Below, one piece after another: positions 11,676 through 23,629 of a stretch of 45,349 bases of DNA. A program made the position numbers and the translations under genes. Source of the stretch: Nemertoderma westbladi (lineage: Eukaryota > Animalia > Xenacoelomorpha); assembly GCA_032718475.1 (NCBI GenBank), contig JAUCBJ010001157.1, positions 1 through 45,349 on the forward strand, written 5' to 3'. Position 1 is the stretch's first letter. Each line of letters begins with the position of its first letter. Below the pieces are notes generated by a model that had not been told where the DNA came from, searched no databases, and saw only the letters and a list, made by a program, of their open reading frames with translations.

Positions 11676-14600
11676 CTGCGTAAGGATATGACATGTCATT
11701 ACAAATAAATATATATGTCATAAAATGAGAATAATTTATGAATTATTGATTTATATGTGTAACATCAGTCATTCTTTCGATTTACTTGGTTTATACGTGT
11801 TCATCCTATATCTTGTTTAAATTACTTAAAACTAGTAAATAAAAAAACTATATTTTATATTAATTGGAATTTCTTTATTATTTATAATTCAATGTTTATT
11901 ATTTTGTAATTTGTTCTCCAAATATTAACTATTTCCCTTACAAAAATAAAGTAACATTTTTTTGTCCGACTTTATAATCCACATTTTAGCGGATTAAAAT
12001 GCTAAAAATAAAATTATACACAAATGAAATCTCACACACAAACAGTGGCATACTGTATTACAAAGTATGAAAACGTAGATAACGTATTTTAATTAATTTG
12101 AGAAATAAATGTGCTCAAATTTTGGCGAGGTGCAGTCTGGGCCCCCACAGGGTGCAGTCTGGGCCCCCCAAGCCCATAGTGAATAGTAATGGTTTATCAG
12201 TTACTAACGGTGGATCTCTGCCAGGTTGGTAGTTGGTTAAAGTGTAGGGATATGGGGGTTTACTGTAATCTTCGCTGGTTTCTGATCGCCCTGCAGTTGA
12301 TACCTTACCAACGACCCGTGGACGACCGTCGGTTCTTTCTGCAAACTATCAGAATTAAAAAAAAAACATATGATTTGAATGGGGGCCTTGAGCTTCGGAA
12401 AGTACTATATCCTTACTGGGGTGAGTACAAAACAAAGACCCAATTAAGTAATCTACATAATCTTCTAACATGTGTTAACTTTCGTTTATTGTTTGGGTTC
12501 TCCCAACACGCATCTGTAACGTGCTCCTTTAAATGGCAATAGGACCTAACGCTCTTTGTGACCTGTACAACACAAAGAGGTGAAGTCGCTTTAGGTCCCA
12601 AAGAGCGTTAGGTTCCAAAGAGCGTTAGGTCCCAAAGAGAGTTAGGTCACAAAGAGCGTTAGGTCACAAAGAGCGTTAGGTCCCAAAGAGAGTTAGGTCA
12701 CAAAGAGCGTTAGGTCACAAAGTGCGTTAGGTCCCAAAGAGAGTTAGGTCACAAAGAGAGTTAGGTCACAAAGAGAGTTAGGTCACAAAGAGAGTTAGGT
12801 CATAAAGATAGTTAGGTCACAAAGAGCGTTAGGTCACAAAGAGAGTTAGGTCACAAAGAGAGTTAGGTCACAAAGAGAGTTAGGTCACAAATAGAGTTAG
12901 GTCACAAAGAGAGTTAGGTTACAAAGAGAGTTAGGTCACAAAGAGAGTTAGGTCACAAAGAGCGTTAGGTGCCAAAGAGCGTTAGGTCCCAAAGAGAGTT
13001 AGGTCCCAAAGAGAGTTAGGTGACAAAGAAAGTTAGGTCACATAGAGCGTTAGGTCCCAAAGAGAGTTAGGTCACAAAGAGAGTTAGGTCACAAAGAGAG
13101 TTAGGTCACAAAGAGCGTTAGGTCCCAAAGAGAGTTAGATCACAAAGAGAGTTAGGTTACAAAGAGAGTTAGGTCACAAAGAGAGTTAGGTCACAAAGAG
13201 AGTTAGGTCACAAAGAGCGTTAGGTTCCAAAGAGAGTTAGGTCACAAAGAGAGTTAGGTCACAAAGAGCGTTAGGTCCCAAAGAGAGTTAGGTCACAAAG
13301 AGAGTTAGGTGACAAAGAAAGTTAGGTCACATAGAGCGTTAGGTCCCAAAGAGAGTTAGGTCACAAAGAGAGTTAGGTCACAAAGAGAGTTAGGTCACAA
13401 AGAGCGTTAGGTCCCAAAGAGAGTTAGATCACAAAGAGAGTTAGGTTACAAAGAGAGTTAGGTCACAAAGAGAGTTAGGTCACAAAGAGAGTTAGGTCAC
13501 AAAGAGCGTTAGGTTCCAAAGAGAGTTAGGTCACAAAGAGCGTTAGGTCACAAAGAGAGTTAGGTCACAAAGAGAGTTAGGTCACAAAGAGCGTTAGGTC
13601 CCAAAGAGAGTTAGGTCACAAAGAGAGTTAGGTCACAAAGAGCGTTAGGTGCCAAAGAGCGTTAGGTCCCAAAGAGAGTTAGGTCACAAAGAGAGTTAGG
13701 TCACAAAGAGAGTTAGGTCACAAAGAGAGTTAGGTCACAAAGAGCGTTAGGTCCCAAAGAGAGTTAGGTCACAAAGAGAGTTAGGTCACAAAGAGCGTTA
13801 GGTGCCAAAGAGCGTTAGGTCCCAAAGAGAGTTAGGTCCCAAAGAGAGTTAGGTCACAAAGAGAGTTAGGTCACAAAGAGCGTTAGGTCCCAAAGAGAGT
13901 TAGGTCACAAAGAGCGTTAGGTCCCTAAGAGAGTTAGGTCACAAAGAGAGTTAGGTAACAAAGAGCATTAGGTCCCATTGACATTTAAAGTGAGCAGGTT
14001 AGTAAAGGATCAAGTTAGAGAGGCGTGTTGGGGGGACCAAAACAATAAACGAAAGTTAACACATGTCTTTTGTACAGGTCTTTAGTCTTTGTTTTGTACT
14101 CACCCAACTGTACCGTAGTTTGCGTTGCGCGAGTTGATTACTGTTACAGAATGACTGCCAATGATGCACCCTATACTCATGCACACATAAGACCTCTGGC
14201 AAAGTGAGTTAGAGTAGTTCTTATGGTTCTCACCGATATAATTGTACTGTAGTGTATGTACTGTAGTGTATGTGTGTCGTGTACGTTTAACCAATATTGC
14301 TTAAATATTAAAATACTTAATTTAAACAAAAACAGTCTAATCCACCAACCTTAATTTTATCTGCTAGCTGAGTAACCGAAGATACATCATTCTCTGTGGG
14401 TTTATAGCTCTCGTGTACCATATAATCTGGTACGTAGTATTCCTTTGGCTTGGGGTTGTCTTCTGGCACGTAACTTTCGTGATCGAACCATTCTACTCGT
14501 GGGTAGGGAACCGGTTGCTTATCTTTTGTTTCTATGTCGGGAATTACCAGTAAATCTAGGGAAGGAAAACATTAAAAAATATCGTAATAAATTGATCTTC

Positions 14601-15670
14601 CAATAATACAGTATAATACCTAATGCAATGATGAATAATGTTGGTAGGTAGGCCTAATTACTTACAGTAGGTTCTTATTACATTACAATGAGATTGTTAA
14701 ATCCTACCGGTAATTAAAACAATTAGTGTGAATGAGCATGTGAAAGCAGTATAAGGACTCTTATATTCATTGCGAATTTTTAACTCAAATTCTTAAATCG
14801 CATTGACACGCTTTGCAGATTAAGTTGAGTTGAGACAGCCAACAACTTGTGTGCGAAAACCCGAAAACTAATCATACGACAGTAATACTATACAAATATA
14901 CACAAATACAATACTTTACAGTATCTAACTGTACATCCACTAAATGGTACGAATTTACGATCAGTGCCAAAAGGAGTACCAGAAGTTGGTAAAAAATAAT
15001 TACACATTAGTAATGCTACAGTACCAAACGATAATGTGTAGGCCTACAACCAAATTCCGTGAAAATTAGTGTGAAACTTTTAGATTTGACGGAAATTTCT
15101 TGGCTTGTTAATAATTTGTGGATGTAGACACCTTCAAAACAACTACTGTATGCATACAGGTACAGGAATAAAGTTATTCTAAGGCAACAAAAATACAAGT
15201 TAGATGTCATCCCACTTCACATCCAGTATGCCTAATGGGCTACTGTACAGCGTGTAAAGTACATATCTTACTAGGTCTGCCACCCATCTTCGCCAATCGA
15301 ATATATTTGGAATCGGTGTCTCGAAAGAAAACCTTTTTCGGTTGCTCGTTTTCAGGGATTTCAGCTAAATCACTGAGTTGTGGGATCTGTGAAAGTGGCG
15401 GTGCTTCAACAGGCTCTCTGTTCTTTATTGAAGGTGGCGAATATATAAACCAATCTATAACGAAAATAAAGCCGCACACTGCATAAAGTTTTCATTATTT
15501 ACGGCGCGAAAATTAGTTGTTAAAAGAGTGAAAGCCGCCCCAATATTAGAATAATTTATAACAACAACCATTCCATTGGGTAAGGAAGTGGAGGAAAGCC
15601 GGACTTTTTAATTTAGTTTATATTACACGATAAATTTTCACTCGCCATGAACCCAAAATGTATGTAACAT
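11369..15670 (-). CDS. C7orf57: Spliced C7orf57-like uncharacterised protein gene; first, middle and last exon boundaries partly uncertain
   Basis: Successive exons encode DWFIY...PPLSQIPQLS...DTDSKYIRLAKMGGRP|NLL...PVPYPRVEWF...PDYMVHE...NMSKLISGGYGKEW. This is collinear with the C7orf57 motifs as I recall them (DWYYH, PPASQIPGLS, ETDSEYVKLAKQGGRPDLL, PDYMVYE, NFSKLISNGYKDEW). Confidence 0.8.
12209..12338 (-). CDS. Probable C7orf57-like exon; donor and frame ambiguous
   Basis: Acceptor TTTGCAG. Either a 130-bp exon ending CC|GTTAGT or a 35-bp exon ending AG|GTATCA; both give the phase 2 needed by the next exon. Confidence 0.45.
12419..14105. mobile_element. Intronic foldback/TIR element containing a 17-bp satellite
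   Basis: Termini GGGTGAGTACAAAACAAAGAC and GTCTTTGTTTTGTACTCACCC. The imperfect inversion continues about 150 bp inward. Flanks TACTG/AACTG may be a degenerate TSD. Confidence 0.85.
12590..13976. repeat. 17-bp minisatellite (GAGAGTTAGGTCACAAA)n, about 80 copies
   Basis: Seen directly; an inverted unit (GGACCTAACGCTCTTTGTGACC) lies at about 12542-12563. Confidence 0.97.
14350..14555 (-). CDS. C7orf57: C7orf57-like internal exon
   Basis: Acceptor TTCCTTCCCTAG is in phase with the previous exon. Encodes LLVIPDIETKDKQPVPYPRVEWFDHESYVPEDNPKPKEYYVPDYMVHESYKP. Likely donor AAG|GTTGGT. Absent from the ORF track. Confidence 0.8.
15272..15454 (-). CDS. C7orf57: C7orf57-like internal exon, 183 bp, phase 1/1
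   Basis: Acceptor TTTTCGTTATAG, donor GTAAGA; encodes DWFIYSPP...KMGGRP. Confidence 0.85.
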
Positions 15671-16298
15671 TTTGTTAAATTTGTTGGCTATGCGTCAGCG
15701 GCTGTTTGGGTGGGCGTGGTGTGTGGTACACTTTTCACACTGAAACATTTTAGTGTTGTGAAATGTTACAGGATCAGATATATTTCATTTATAATTAATT
15801 AGTGTAGGCATAAACACAATTATTAACTTCTCCATAAAATTGTAACCTGTTCTATTTAGTTTCCTTTATCCTTTAACCAAAACTCATGTTGTGTTCCTTT
15901 TCCTTGATTGATAATTTAACATTGAGACTAGAGATTAATTTCTTAAATGGGCTTTGCGGAAGTATTTCTCCCACCTTAAATACATTCTAAATATCTACAG
16001 TATGTATATCTTGTTATTAAATAGTACTGTACTTACTTTCATCCGAAGCTTTCCTTTGAGTTGCCATTATTATAGAAACTTTAAAATTGTATTTATTTAT
16101 TTAATAATAAATTATATAAATTGTAGAATTAAAAGTTCATTACAATTATTAATCACCCTATATTGTATGCTACTGTGCATGAAATCTTCCAAGTTATTAA
16201 TCATTGACTGACTCAACTCGTGAAAACTTGATAAACGTTAAGATAATAAAGTAGCCTACAGTTTTGTTGTAGCACACTTTACACTTGGATTTACAGTA

Positions 16299-17389
16299 GG
16301 GCGTATAGGCGTTATATACAGTACAGCACTTCCTCATTGTGTCCATGTTTCCATTTTTTGCCGATTAGTGGAATGGATAGCCTACAATTTATCAGTATTA
16401 ATTATTTACCTTATAGTCTCAAGTTGGATTCCGGTTTTATCTGTATATTTTTTGGAATAATTAATTTGGAATAATTTTTGGAATTTTTTGGGATAAGATG
16501 ATTCTCCGGAATAATTATTTAATCATTCTGTAATCTTATTATTAAAATAAATAACAACAACTAACTTAGAAACAGAAGTATTGCAGGCATACAGCAGAAG
16601 ATGTGAGCTACTGTATGTTAATGGCCACAAAAACGACCTGACCTAGACTGTCCTAAACCATGGCAAACTTATATCAGGCTAACTTATATCCTGGTTAGCT
16701 TATAGATCCTGGCTAACTTAGATCCTGGCTAACTTAGATCCAGACAAGCTTGGATCATATGCGGACTTGGATCGTACAAACAAACTACGGCCATGTGAAG
16801 AATATCAGGTTTTCACATTTTTGGTCGAAATCACAGTAGGCCTATATTGAAATTTTATATACAGTACTGTATTCCTATAAATTATTTGATACCGATCTAC
16901 AGTAGATTTCAATTGTTATTTATTTTTCCTTATTAAGTGTTTTATAGAGCTTCATTCAATCTCATAACCTGCCGAGTTCCTCATTTGTTTATGCGCATTG
17001 TAGGCCCTACATCTTTTATTGTTTTGGTTTGAAAAGCCCACAATAAGCAACACCGCCTCCTGAAACCTGCTCCTTTGGTTTGAGTAGAGCTAAAAGTCCT
17101 TTACTTGAATCAAAATGAATCAGAAATTAATTTCGGAAAATATGGTAAAAAGAATAAAAAAAAGGGGAGAAAAAGTCCCCAAATTTTGATTGTTGTAATA
17201 AGTGATTACTAAATAATATTAATTAAATAACTAATCCGCCATCGTATCACATGCAAAAAATAACAGATACTGTACACACGGAATCGAACTTGAGACTACA
17301 GGACTAAGTGAGATAATAAGTAATATAATAGTATCCAATCCACAAAATCGGCAAAAATGTAAACATGGACACAATGAGGAGCGTACGCT
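16299..17389. mobile_element. Old MITE with TA-flanked TIRs and nested repeats
   Basis: TCCTCATTGTGTCCATGTTTCCATTTTTTGCCGATT (16331) is inverted at 17346-17380. Outer ends are TAGGGCGTA and TACGCTCTA. Confidence 0.75.
16665..16775. repeat. Degenerate 16-18-bp tandem repeat (GCTAACTTAGATCCTG)
   Basis: About six diverged units seen directly. Confidence 0.7.
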
Positions 17390-18439
17390 CTATTTTTAAC
17401 CTCGTACAATTGGCCTGTCTTCTAGTAGGCCCCAGTACAACTGTACTAGTACAGTAGTAATGTAGGTACTGCTGAACTGACTGATAGCATTCACTTGATT
17501 ACAGTAAAGTAAGATTTATGCGTTGCTAAGCAATTGTAGTTCCTGATTAAAAATACGCCATCATGCGGCCCATCATTGAACCAATTTAAATGTATACGGA
17601 TGTCGTACCTAAGCACTGTAGTTTAGATAGTTTAGTTTTTTTATATTTCTATACTGATTACATACTCTCAATAAACATTAAGCATTATATTAAGTAATGT
17701 ATTTTTCCGTTAATAGTGATAAACGTTTATGCTTTTATTTAAAAAATTACTAATTTATCCATCAATATTAATGGGACGGCCTGAAATTTGAAACATAGAT
17801 AGTTTGACCTCCCTCGTCCTTAATGGGTGAGACATAATTTTTTTTCGCTTTCAATCATTACCTACAACCGTTAAAATCCGTTACGTTTGTATATCGACCC
17901 ACGGCCTACACTGCACGCAGCAAACTTCGCCCGCGTCCAATCTTCGCCCGGAGCAATCTTCGCCCCCAAAATGAGCAACTCTCGCCTGGCGCCCGCGAGC
18001 AACCTTCGCCCCATAAACAATTATTGTTTTGGTTAGAAAAAGCTGTCTCTGTAACCTGCTCCTTTCCCGCAATTTGTAACTAAAATGGTTATATATGTAT
18101 TATATGTAAATGTAAATTGTTATGTTATAAAATGTAGGTTGTATATGTAATTTCTTAAAAGATTTTGTATGATCATTCTATGATCGTAGCAGATTTACAA
18201 TGTATTATGATCAGTGCAGATGAATCAAGCACATAGCATGATCCGTATAGATCTTGGCAGATTCGTAAAGTCGATAGTCTAGGGAGCCTACCATTTAAAT
18301 ACGGCAATGGTAGACCTACCGGCTGTGCTAATGGTAATTACATTGATTGTTTCAATTTGACAGGTGAAGAAATTGTATTAATTTTATTTGAAATATAATT
18401 TAATTGAATTTATGTAATTTGAAATGTAAATCAATGATG

Positions 18440-19105
18440 CTGTCTCTTTAAGCTGTCCCATTCCCTCAAATGTTCATGACATAGTTTATTGTTATGTTCA
18501 TGACATAGTTTATTGTTTTGGTTAGAAAATCCCGACTCTGTAACCTGCTCCTTTCCCTGAATTGGTAAAGTGACCGTTTATTGTTTTGGTTAGAAAAGCC
18601 CGCCTATGTAACCTGCTCCTTTCCCTGATTTGGTGAAGTGACCGTTTATTGTTTTGGTTAGAAATGCCCGCCTCTGTAACCTGCTCCTTTCCTTCATTTT
18701 GTAAAGTGACTGTTTATTGTTTTGGTTAGAAAATCCCGCCTCTGTAACCTGCCCCTTTCCCTCAATTAGTTAAATGATCGTTTATTGTTTTGGTTAGAAA
18801 ATCACGCATCTGTAACCTGCTCCTTTCCCTCAATTAGTAAATGATCGTTTATTGTTTTGGTTAGGAAATCCCGCCTCTGTAACCTGCTCCTTTCTCTCAA
18901 TTGGTAATGTTATCGTTTATTGTTTTGGTTAGAAAAGGCCATCAATGTAACCTGCTCCTTTCCTTCATTTGGTAAAGTGATTGTTTATTGTTTTGGTTCG
19001 AAAATCCCGCCTCTGTAATCTGCTCCTTTCCTTCATTTGGTAAAGTGACTGTTTATTGTTTTGGTCAGAAAATCCGGCCTTAACCTGCACCTTTCCATGA
19101 ATTGG
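18440..19105 (+). repeat. 68-bp tandem array of the TTTATTGTTTTGG...TGTAACCTGCTCCTTT motif, about 9-10 copies
   Basis: Units start near 18508, 18576, 18644, 18712, 18780, 18847, 18915, 18983 and 19051; a solo copy is at about 18021-18075. Confidence 0.95.
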
Positions 19106-20146
19106 TAATTGTTTTCGGTTATAAAATGAGTGTTTTGCTACGTCATGTGGTAATCGATTATCGACAACAACCACAAACTATTAGATTTAGAGTCTTTTAC
19201 CACAGGCGCATATGGAAATCTATCTCATAGTCTATAAATCATGGAATTTTGAATGTTTTGGCACAGGCATAGTGAAACCAACTGTCCGACAGACCAGAAA
19301 TCAACAATAATTTTGAATGTTTTGGCATAGGCATGTTGAAATCAACTGTCTGACAGTCCAGAAATCAGCAGTCTGACAGTTTGAAGAAATACATACATAA
19401 AAAGTCATTAAAGGACAACAAAAATCATTAAATGGACAACAAAAGTCATTATGCACAATTCGTGGGTTTGACTTTTCCGCGTAGGTGAAGCCTACGCGTA
19501 GGCTACGCGTAGGTAATGGAATGCAGTTTCGCGTAGGTAAATTTTTCGCGTAGGTAACCAATGAATGATTCGAACTAGAGCCTTTATAAAAGAGAGGTAA
19601 ATTCAAATAAGATCAATATACAGATATATAAGTTGTTTGGTATCATCTGGGCACGAGCTACCGATGTAATACAGGGCCATAACGACATGCATGGAGTATA
19701 GAGTAGCATTGATATATATAATACAGAGTTGTACCGACCCATGTCCACCTAATTACCGGACCCTGCTGCCTGCCGACCCGTACGGCGCTATTACCAACCT
19801 ATAAATTCGTCACTGAATTGTATGAATGAATTTAAATATTTGTAATGCAATGTAATGGTATTAATTGTTGCCCGTGTGTTCCTGCGAGGAATATATTCTT
19901 CTTTTATTTCATTTGATATGTTCTATAGATTAATAAAAGAGTGTTTTTTTTACTTTATTGCGATTTAAAGCTTCGCCTGCTGCTCAGAATACCGATTTTA
20001 AGATCCTTGGGTTGCGCGAACCGCGCTCCGGTACGGAAGCAGTACTCACATCGATCGTGATGCATATTGGATAACCCTTGCCAACTCATATGTGGGGGGA
20101 TTCGATTACCTAGCTACAGTATTTTCATATTTAGTATCATTAGCCT

Positions 20147-22404
20147 TTACAATGCGGTAAAAGTAATAATAGATACAATGGTATAATGGATACAAAGATT
20201 GTTGAAATGGGCATATTTAAATGCAGGTTTCGTATTCGCTAGCCCATTGAGATAAAAATTAGATTCTCCCCAAAATTTTACCAGTACCCTCTCCGTCTTA
20301 AATTTGTTTCCACAAGACGCACACTTATTTGCGTTTGTTGATGTCCGCGTGATGATTTCTGGTCGAACTATAAATGTACATTCTCCATTGGCTGGGGGAT
20401 TCATTTCGACCAATGGTGCTCTTCCATCTCTCTTCCTACTTGTGGTACCTGGTTTCTTACCAGCACCTGGTCCCGATGTTGCTATGGCGACATTTGAAAT
20501 GCTCCCTTTTTTATATTCTTTGATTTCGACAATTCTTTCACCATCCCCTGTATATTGTTTGTGAATAGACAGCCGCGACAACGTGTGAGCGTTTCTCGGT
20601 TTAACTCGGTTTCCCTTAAATCCGGTACATTCGCATACGAATTTAACGCCAAACGTTGATGGAGCACGTTGTACAAGGTATATCTTGTTAATAGTGCGGG
20701 ACCTGATACGTCCCTGCCCGTCTCTTCCAACACCATGCCATCGTCCAAAAGACGTTTACCTTCACGAATAATAACATTGGCAACAGTCCGCGTTAATTCT
20801 AATCGGCTTACTAATTCCTCAAAAAATAAAGTTAAAAGTTCACCAGCTGTTCAATCGGTCCCAGAGATGTTCCGCTATGTATCCCACTCGTTCCAACGGC
20901 TGTTCCGCTATGTATCCCACTCGTTCCAACGGCTGTTCCGCTATGTATCCCACTCGTTCCAACGGCTGTTCCGCTATTTATCCCACTCGTTCCAACAGCT
21001 GTTCCGCTATGTATCCCACTCGTTCCAACGGCTGTTCCGCTATGTATCCCACTCGTTCCAACGGCTGTTCCGCTATGTATCACACTCGTTCCAACGGCTG
21101 TTCCACTATGTATCCCACTCGTTCCCACGGCTGTTCCGCTATTATCTTTACTTTTCTCATACAATCCAAGGCCAAGCTCCGCTTCACTATATGGCCCACT
21201 CAATGTATCAATTACATAACGCCTCCAGCTGCATCACACTGACTTAAACCACCAGCTGCCTCACGCTGACTTAAGCCTCCAGCTGTATCACACACAATTA
21301 CATCCCCATCCTGTATAAATCCTTGTAGAGTAAACGAGTCACTCAGAAGCTCTTTATGGATCTTTTCTAAATGGTTCTTGTATCCTTTCTGAAACACTCA
21401 GCGAGAAGTAATCTGCTTGCGAAATTCCCAGGTGCTTAAATTGGTTTTTAAGCTTGAATTTACCAACGCCTAGAAAGCCTTTCACGACTTCATCATGTTG
21501 CGCACGAACGACATCCTTAATACGAACTATAGCGTCATCAACTTGCAGCTTATTGGAGAAATCCTTAATAACTTTATTCATTGATTCCACTGCTTGATTA
21601 TAGAGGATCCGTCTATCACGGTTTCTTAGTATCCCAAATATTGCAATTATCTCTAAAAATTGGAAACAGATCCATCATGTACTGACACACTCTAACGTCT
21701 ATTCCATCACACAAGTACCTATCAATCATCACATTAAATTCATCACTTATAGCATCTGATAATACCAACTTATTAATATCCTGTTTTATCACAATAATTT
21801 GTTTCTTAGCAACACCACATTTTCGAGCTTTCTGTGAAATATTTTAAAGGTGTTCAAGGCCCCGAATTTGAACGCAATAGGGAAATAATTGTGATACGTC
21901 ATTTATTATTGATGTCTCGCCATCGGAAGAGCAATAAGATAGGTCTCTGGAAAGACTTGTATTCCACAACGGCATCAAAACATGGCGATAACAATCCTCG
22001 ACCTTTTTCGGAATCAATCCACCAGGTCCTAATAACACAGGATTACCTTCAAAAACCAATGCGCGGTATGTTGTGAAGAAACCCAAACACTGCTGAGAGA
22101 TGTTGAATACTGTGTCCACTCCCAAAGCAAAGGCCCCCGGTCCAGAGCAAAATATTACGGCCTCTTGAACTTGACGATCGGTATAAAGTTGGTATAGGAA
22201 CCCAATGTCTTTGCATTCCCGGATAAACAGGGTTTCATCTTCGGACTCTGCGGCCTTAAGTAACATTACATTGGTATGGGGGTCCATGTTCTTTTTAAAA
22301 CGAGCCTTAGCGTTGCTAACATGTTTCGCAGAAACATTGTCCTCCAAACGCGATGTTTGTAACATATCAGTATTATGAGTCTTATTGATATCGGATGCCA
22401 ACAA
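20147..22404 (-). pseudogene. Fragmented MULE DDE transposase
   Basis: LGVDTVFN (first D), PVLLGP, SSDGETS (second D), FP...GLEH (degenerate CxxH), YNQAVESMNKVIK (E), AGKKP...RKR and a C-terminal CxxC...HxxxxC. Split by stops and frameshifts. Possible upstream exons at about 22660-22853 and 24032-24250. Confidence 0.85.
20868..21141. repeat. 33-bp tandem repeat, about 8 copies, inside the transposase region
   Basis: TGTTCCGCTATGTATCCCACTCGTTCCAACGGC; reads (SGTAVGTSGIH)n on the - strand. Confidence 0.95.
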
Positions 22405-23007
22405 TTTAGGCTTTATGTTGACGCTTTAAGTTCTGCGAAATAGTTTCCTCAACTACGTCCAACACATCAGAACATAACACATGGCGTCGTCGAATCTTTT
22501 CCCTGAAAAATAACAAAAATAATATCATTATCAAGTAATTAAATATTTACTATTATTCAATAATATATAATAATAAATATATATTAATATAATATAATAT
22601 ATAATTGCAGTTGCATATCAGTAGAATTCATATAAATAATTGTATTGTAATCGGTTCGGATTCTGCACTTGTAGAGGTAGAATCATCATCCTCAAGCTTA
22701 TATGTTGATGGATTGAAGTACACTGAGAGATAATGAACTGGATTCCGATTTTCACAATGCATAACTATTTGACGAAGACCCCTTGAGGTAGAAGGACCAA
22801 TGTAAGTTCCCTCCGAACTCGGTTACCACCAATTAATTTCACTGGATCCATCCTATAAAATCTTAAATAAATAATAATGATAAACTAATGACATAGACGA
22901 GCTAAAAAGAGCAAATCAGAATTCCGACAATATTGCAATGGAATTGGAATACACTGCGTTGTACCGGTATTACAATATACTTTGAAAGATTCCGACTTAT
23001 TTTACCT

Positions 23008-23629
23008 CGGTCCTACGAATTACCCAAAAAAACACAAAATTACCCAAAAATACACAAAAAAACACAAAAAAATACAAAAAAACACAAAAATTTACCCGAA
23101 AACACACACAATAAAACACAAAAAAACATAATATTACCCAAAAAACTTACCCAAAAAGACAAAAATAATTTATATCCTATAGGGTTGGAAAAATAAGACT
23201 GTAACCTGTGTTCTTTGGTTATCGTTTATTGTTTTGGTTAGAAAACCCTGCTACTGTAACCTGCTCCTTTCAGCCTTTCCATTTTAATTAAGAAATCTGA
23301 TTTTGTATGCTGTCTGGCATTCTGGGTGGGTAGGCTTACCGGTAAACCGGTGGCAGTAAGTCATTAAATGAATCTTCAAATTAACGATACGAAATGTAAT
23401 ATTTTGAAAAAAGGTGAAAAGTGAAAACTGAAAAGTGAAACTCTTCTTACAATTAACCTAAATCTTATTGTAGATACATTGTTTATGAAAAACATTTTAT
23501 TTTTTTTTTTGTCTTTTTGGGTAATATTGTGTTTTTTTGTGTACTTTTTTGTATTTTTTTGTGTTTTTGTGTGTATTTTTGTGTTTTTTTTGGGTAATAT
23601 TGTGTTTTTTTGGGTAATTCGTAGGACCC
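23008..23629. mobile_element. MITE nested in the MULE, 8-bp TSD
   Basis: TIR GGTCCTACGAATTACCCAAAAAAACACAA / TTGTGTTTTTTTGGGTAATTCGTAGGACC with A-rich and T-rich repetitive arms; TTTTACCT at 23000-23007 and 23630-23637. Confidence 0.88.

Noticed and set aside
12590-13976. Interstitial telomere
   Set aside because: TTAGG is embedded in a 17-bp unit inside a TIR element, not in a (TTAGG)n or (TTAGGG)n run.
14104-14170. 67-bp exon that would fix the C7orf57-like frame
   Set aside because: It has an in-frame TAA, and its donor belongs to the transposon terminus.
18440-19105. CRISPR-like look (conserved boxes with variable spacers), also at 41198-41792
   Set aside because: Spacers are about 10 bp and related to each other, there are no cas genes, and the context is eukaryotic.
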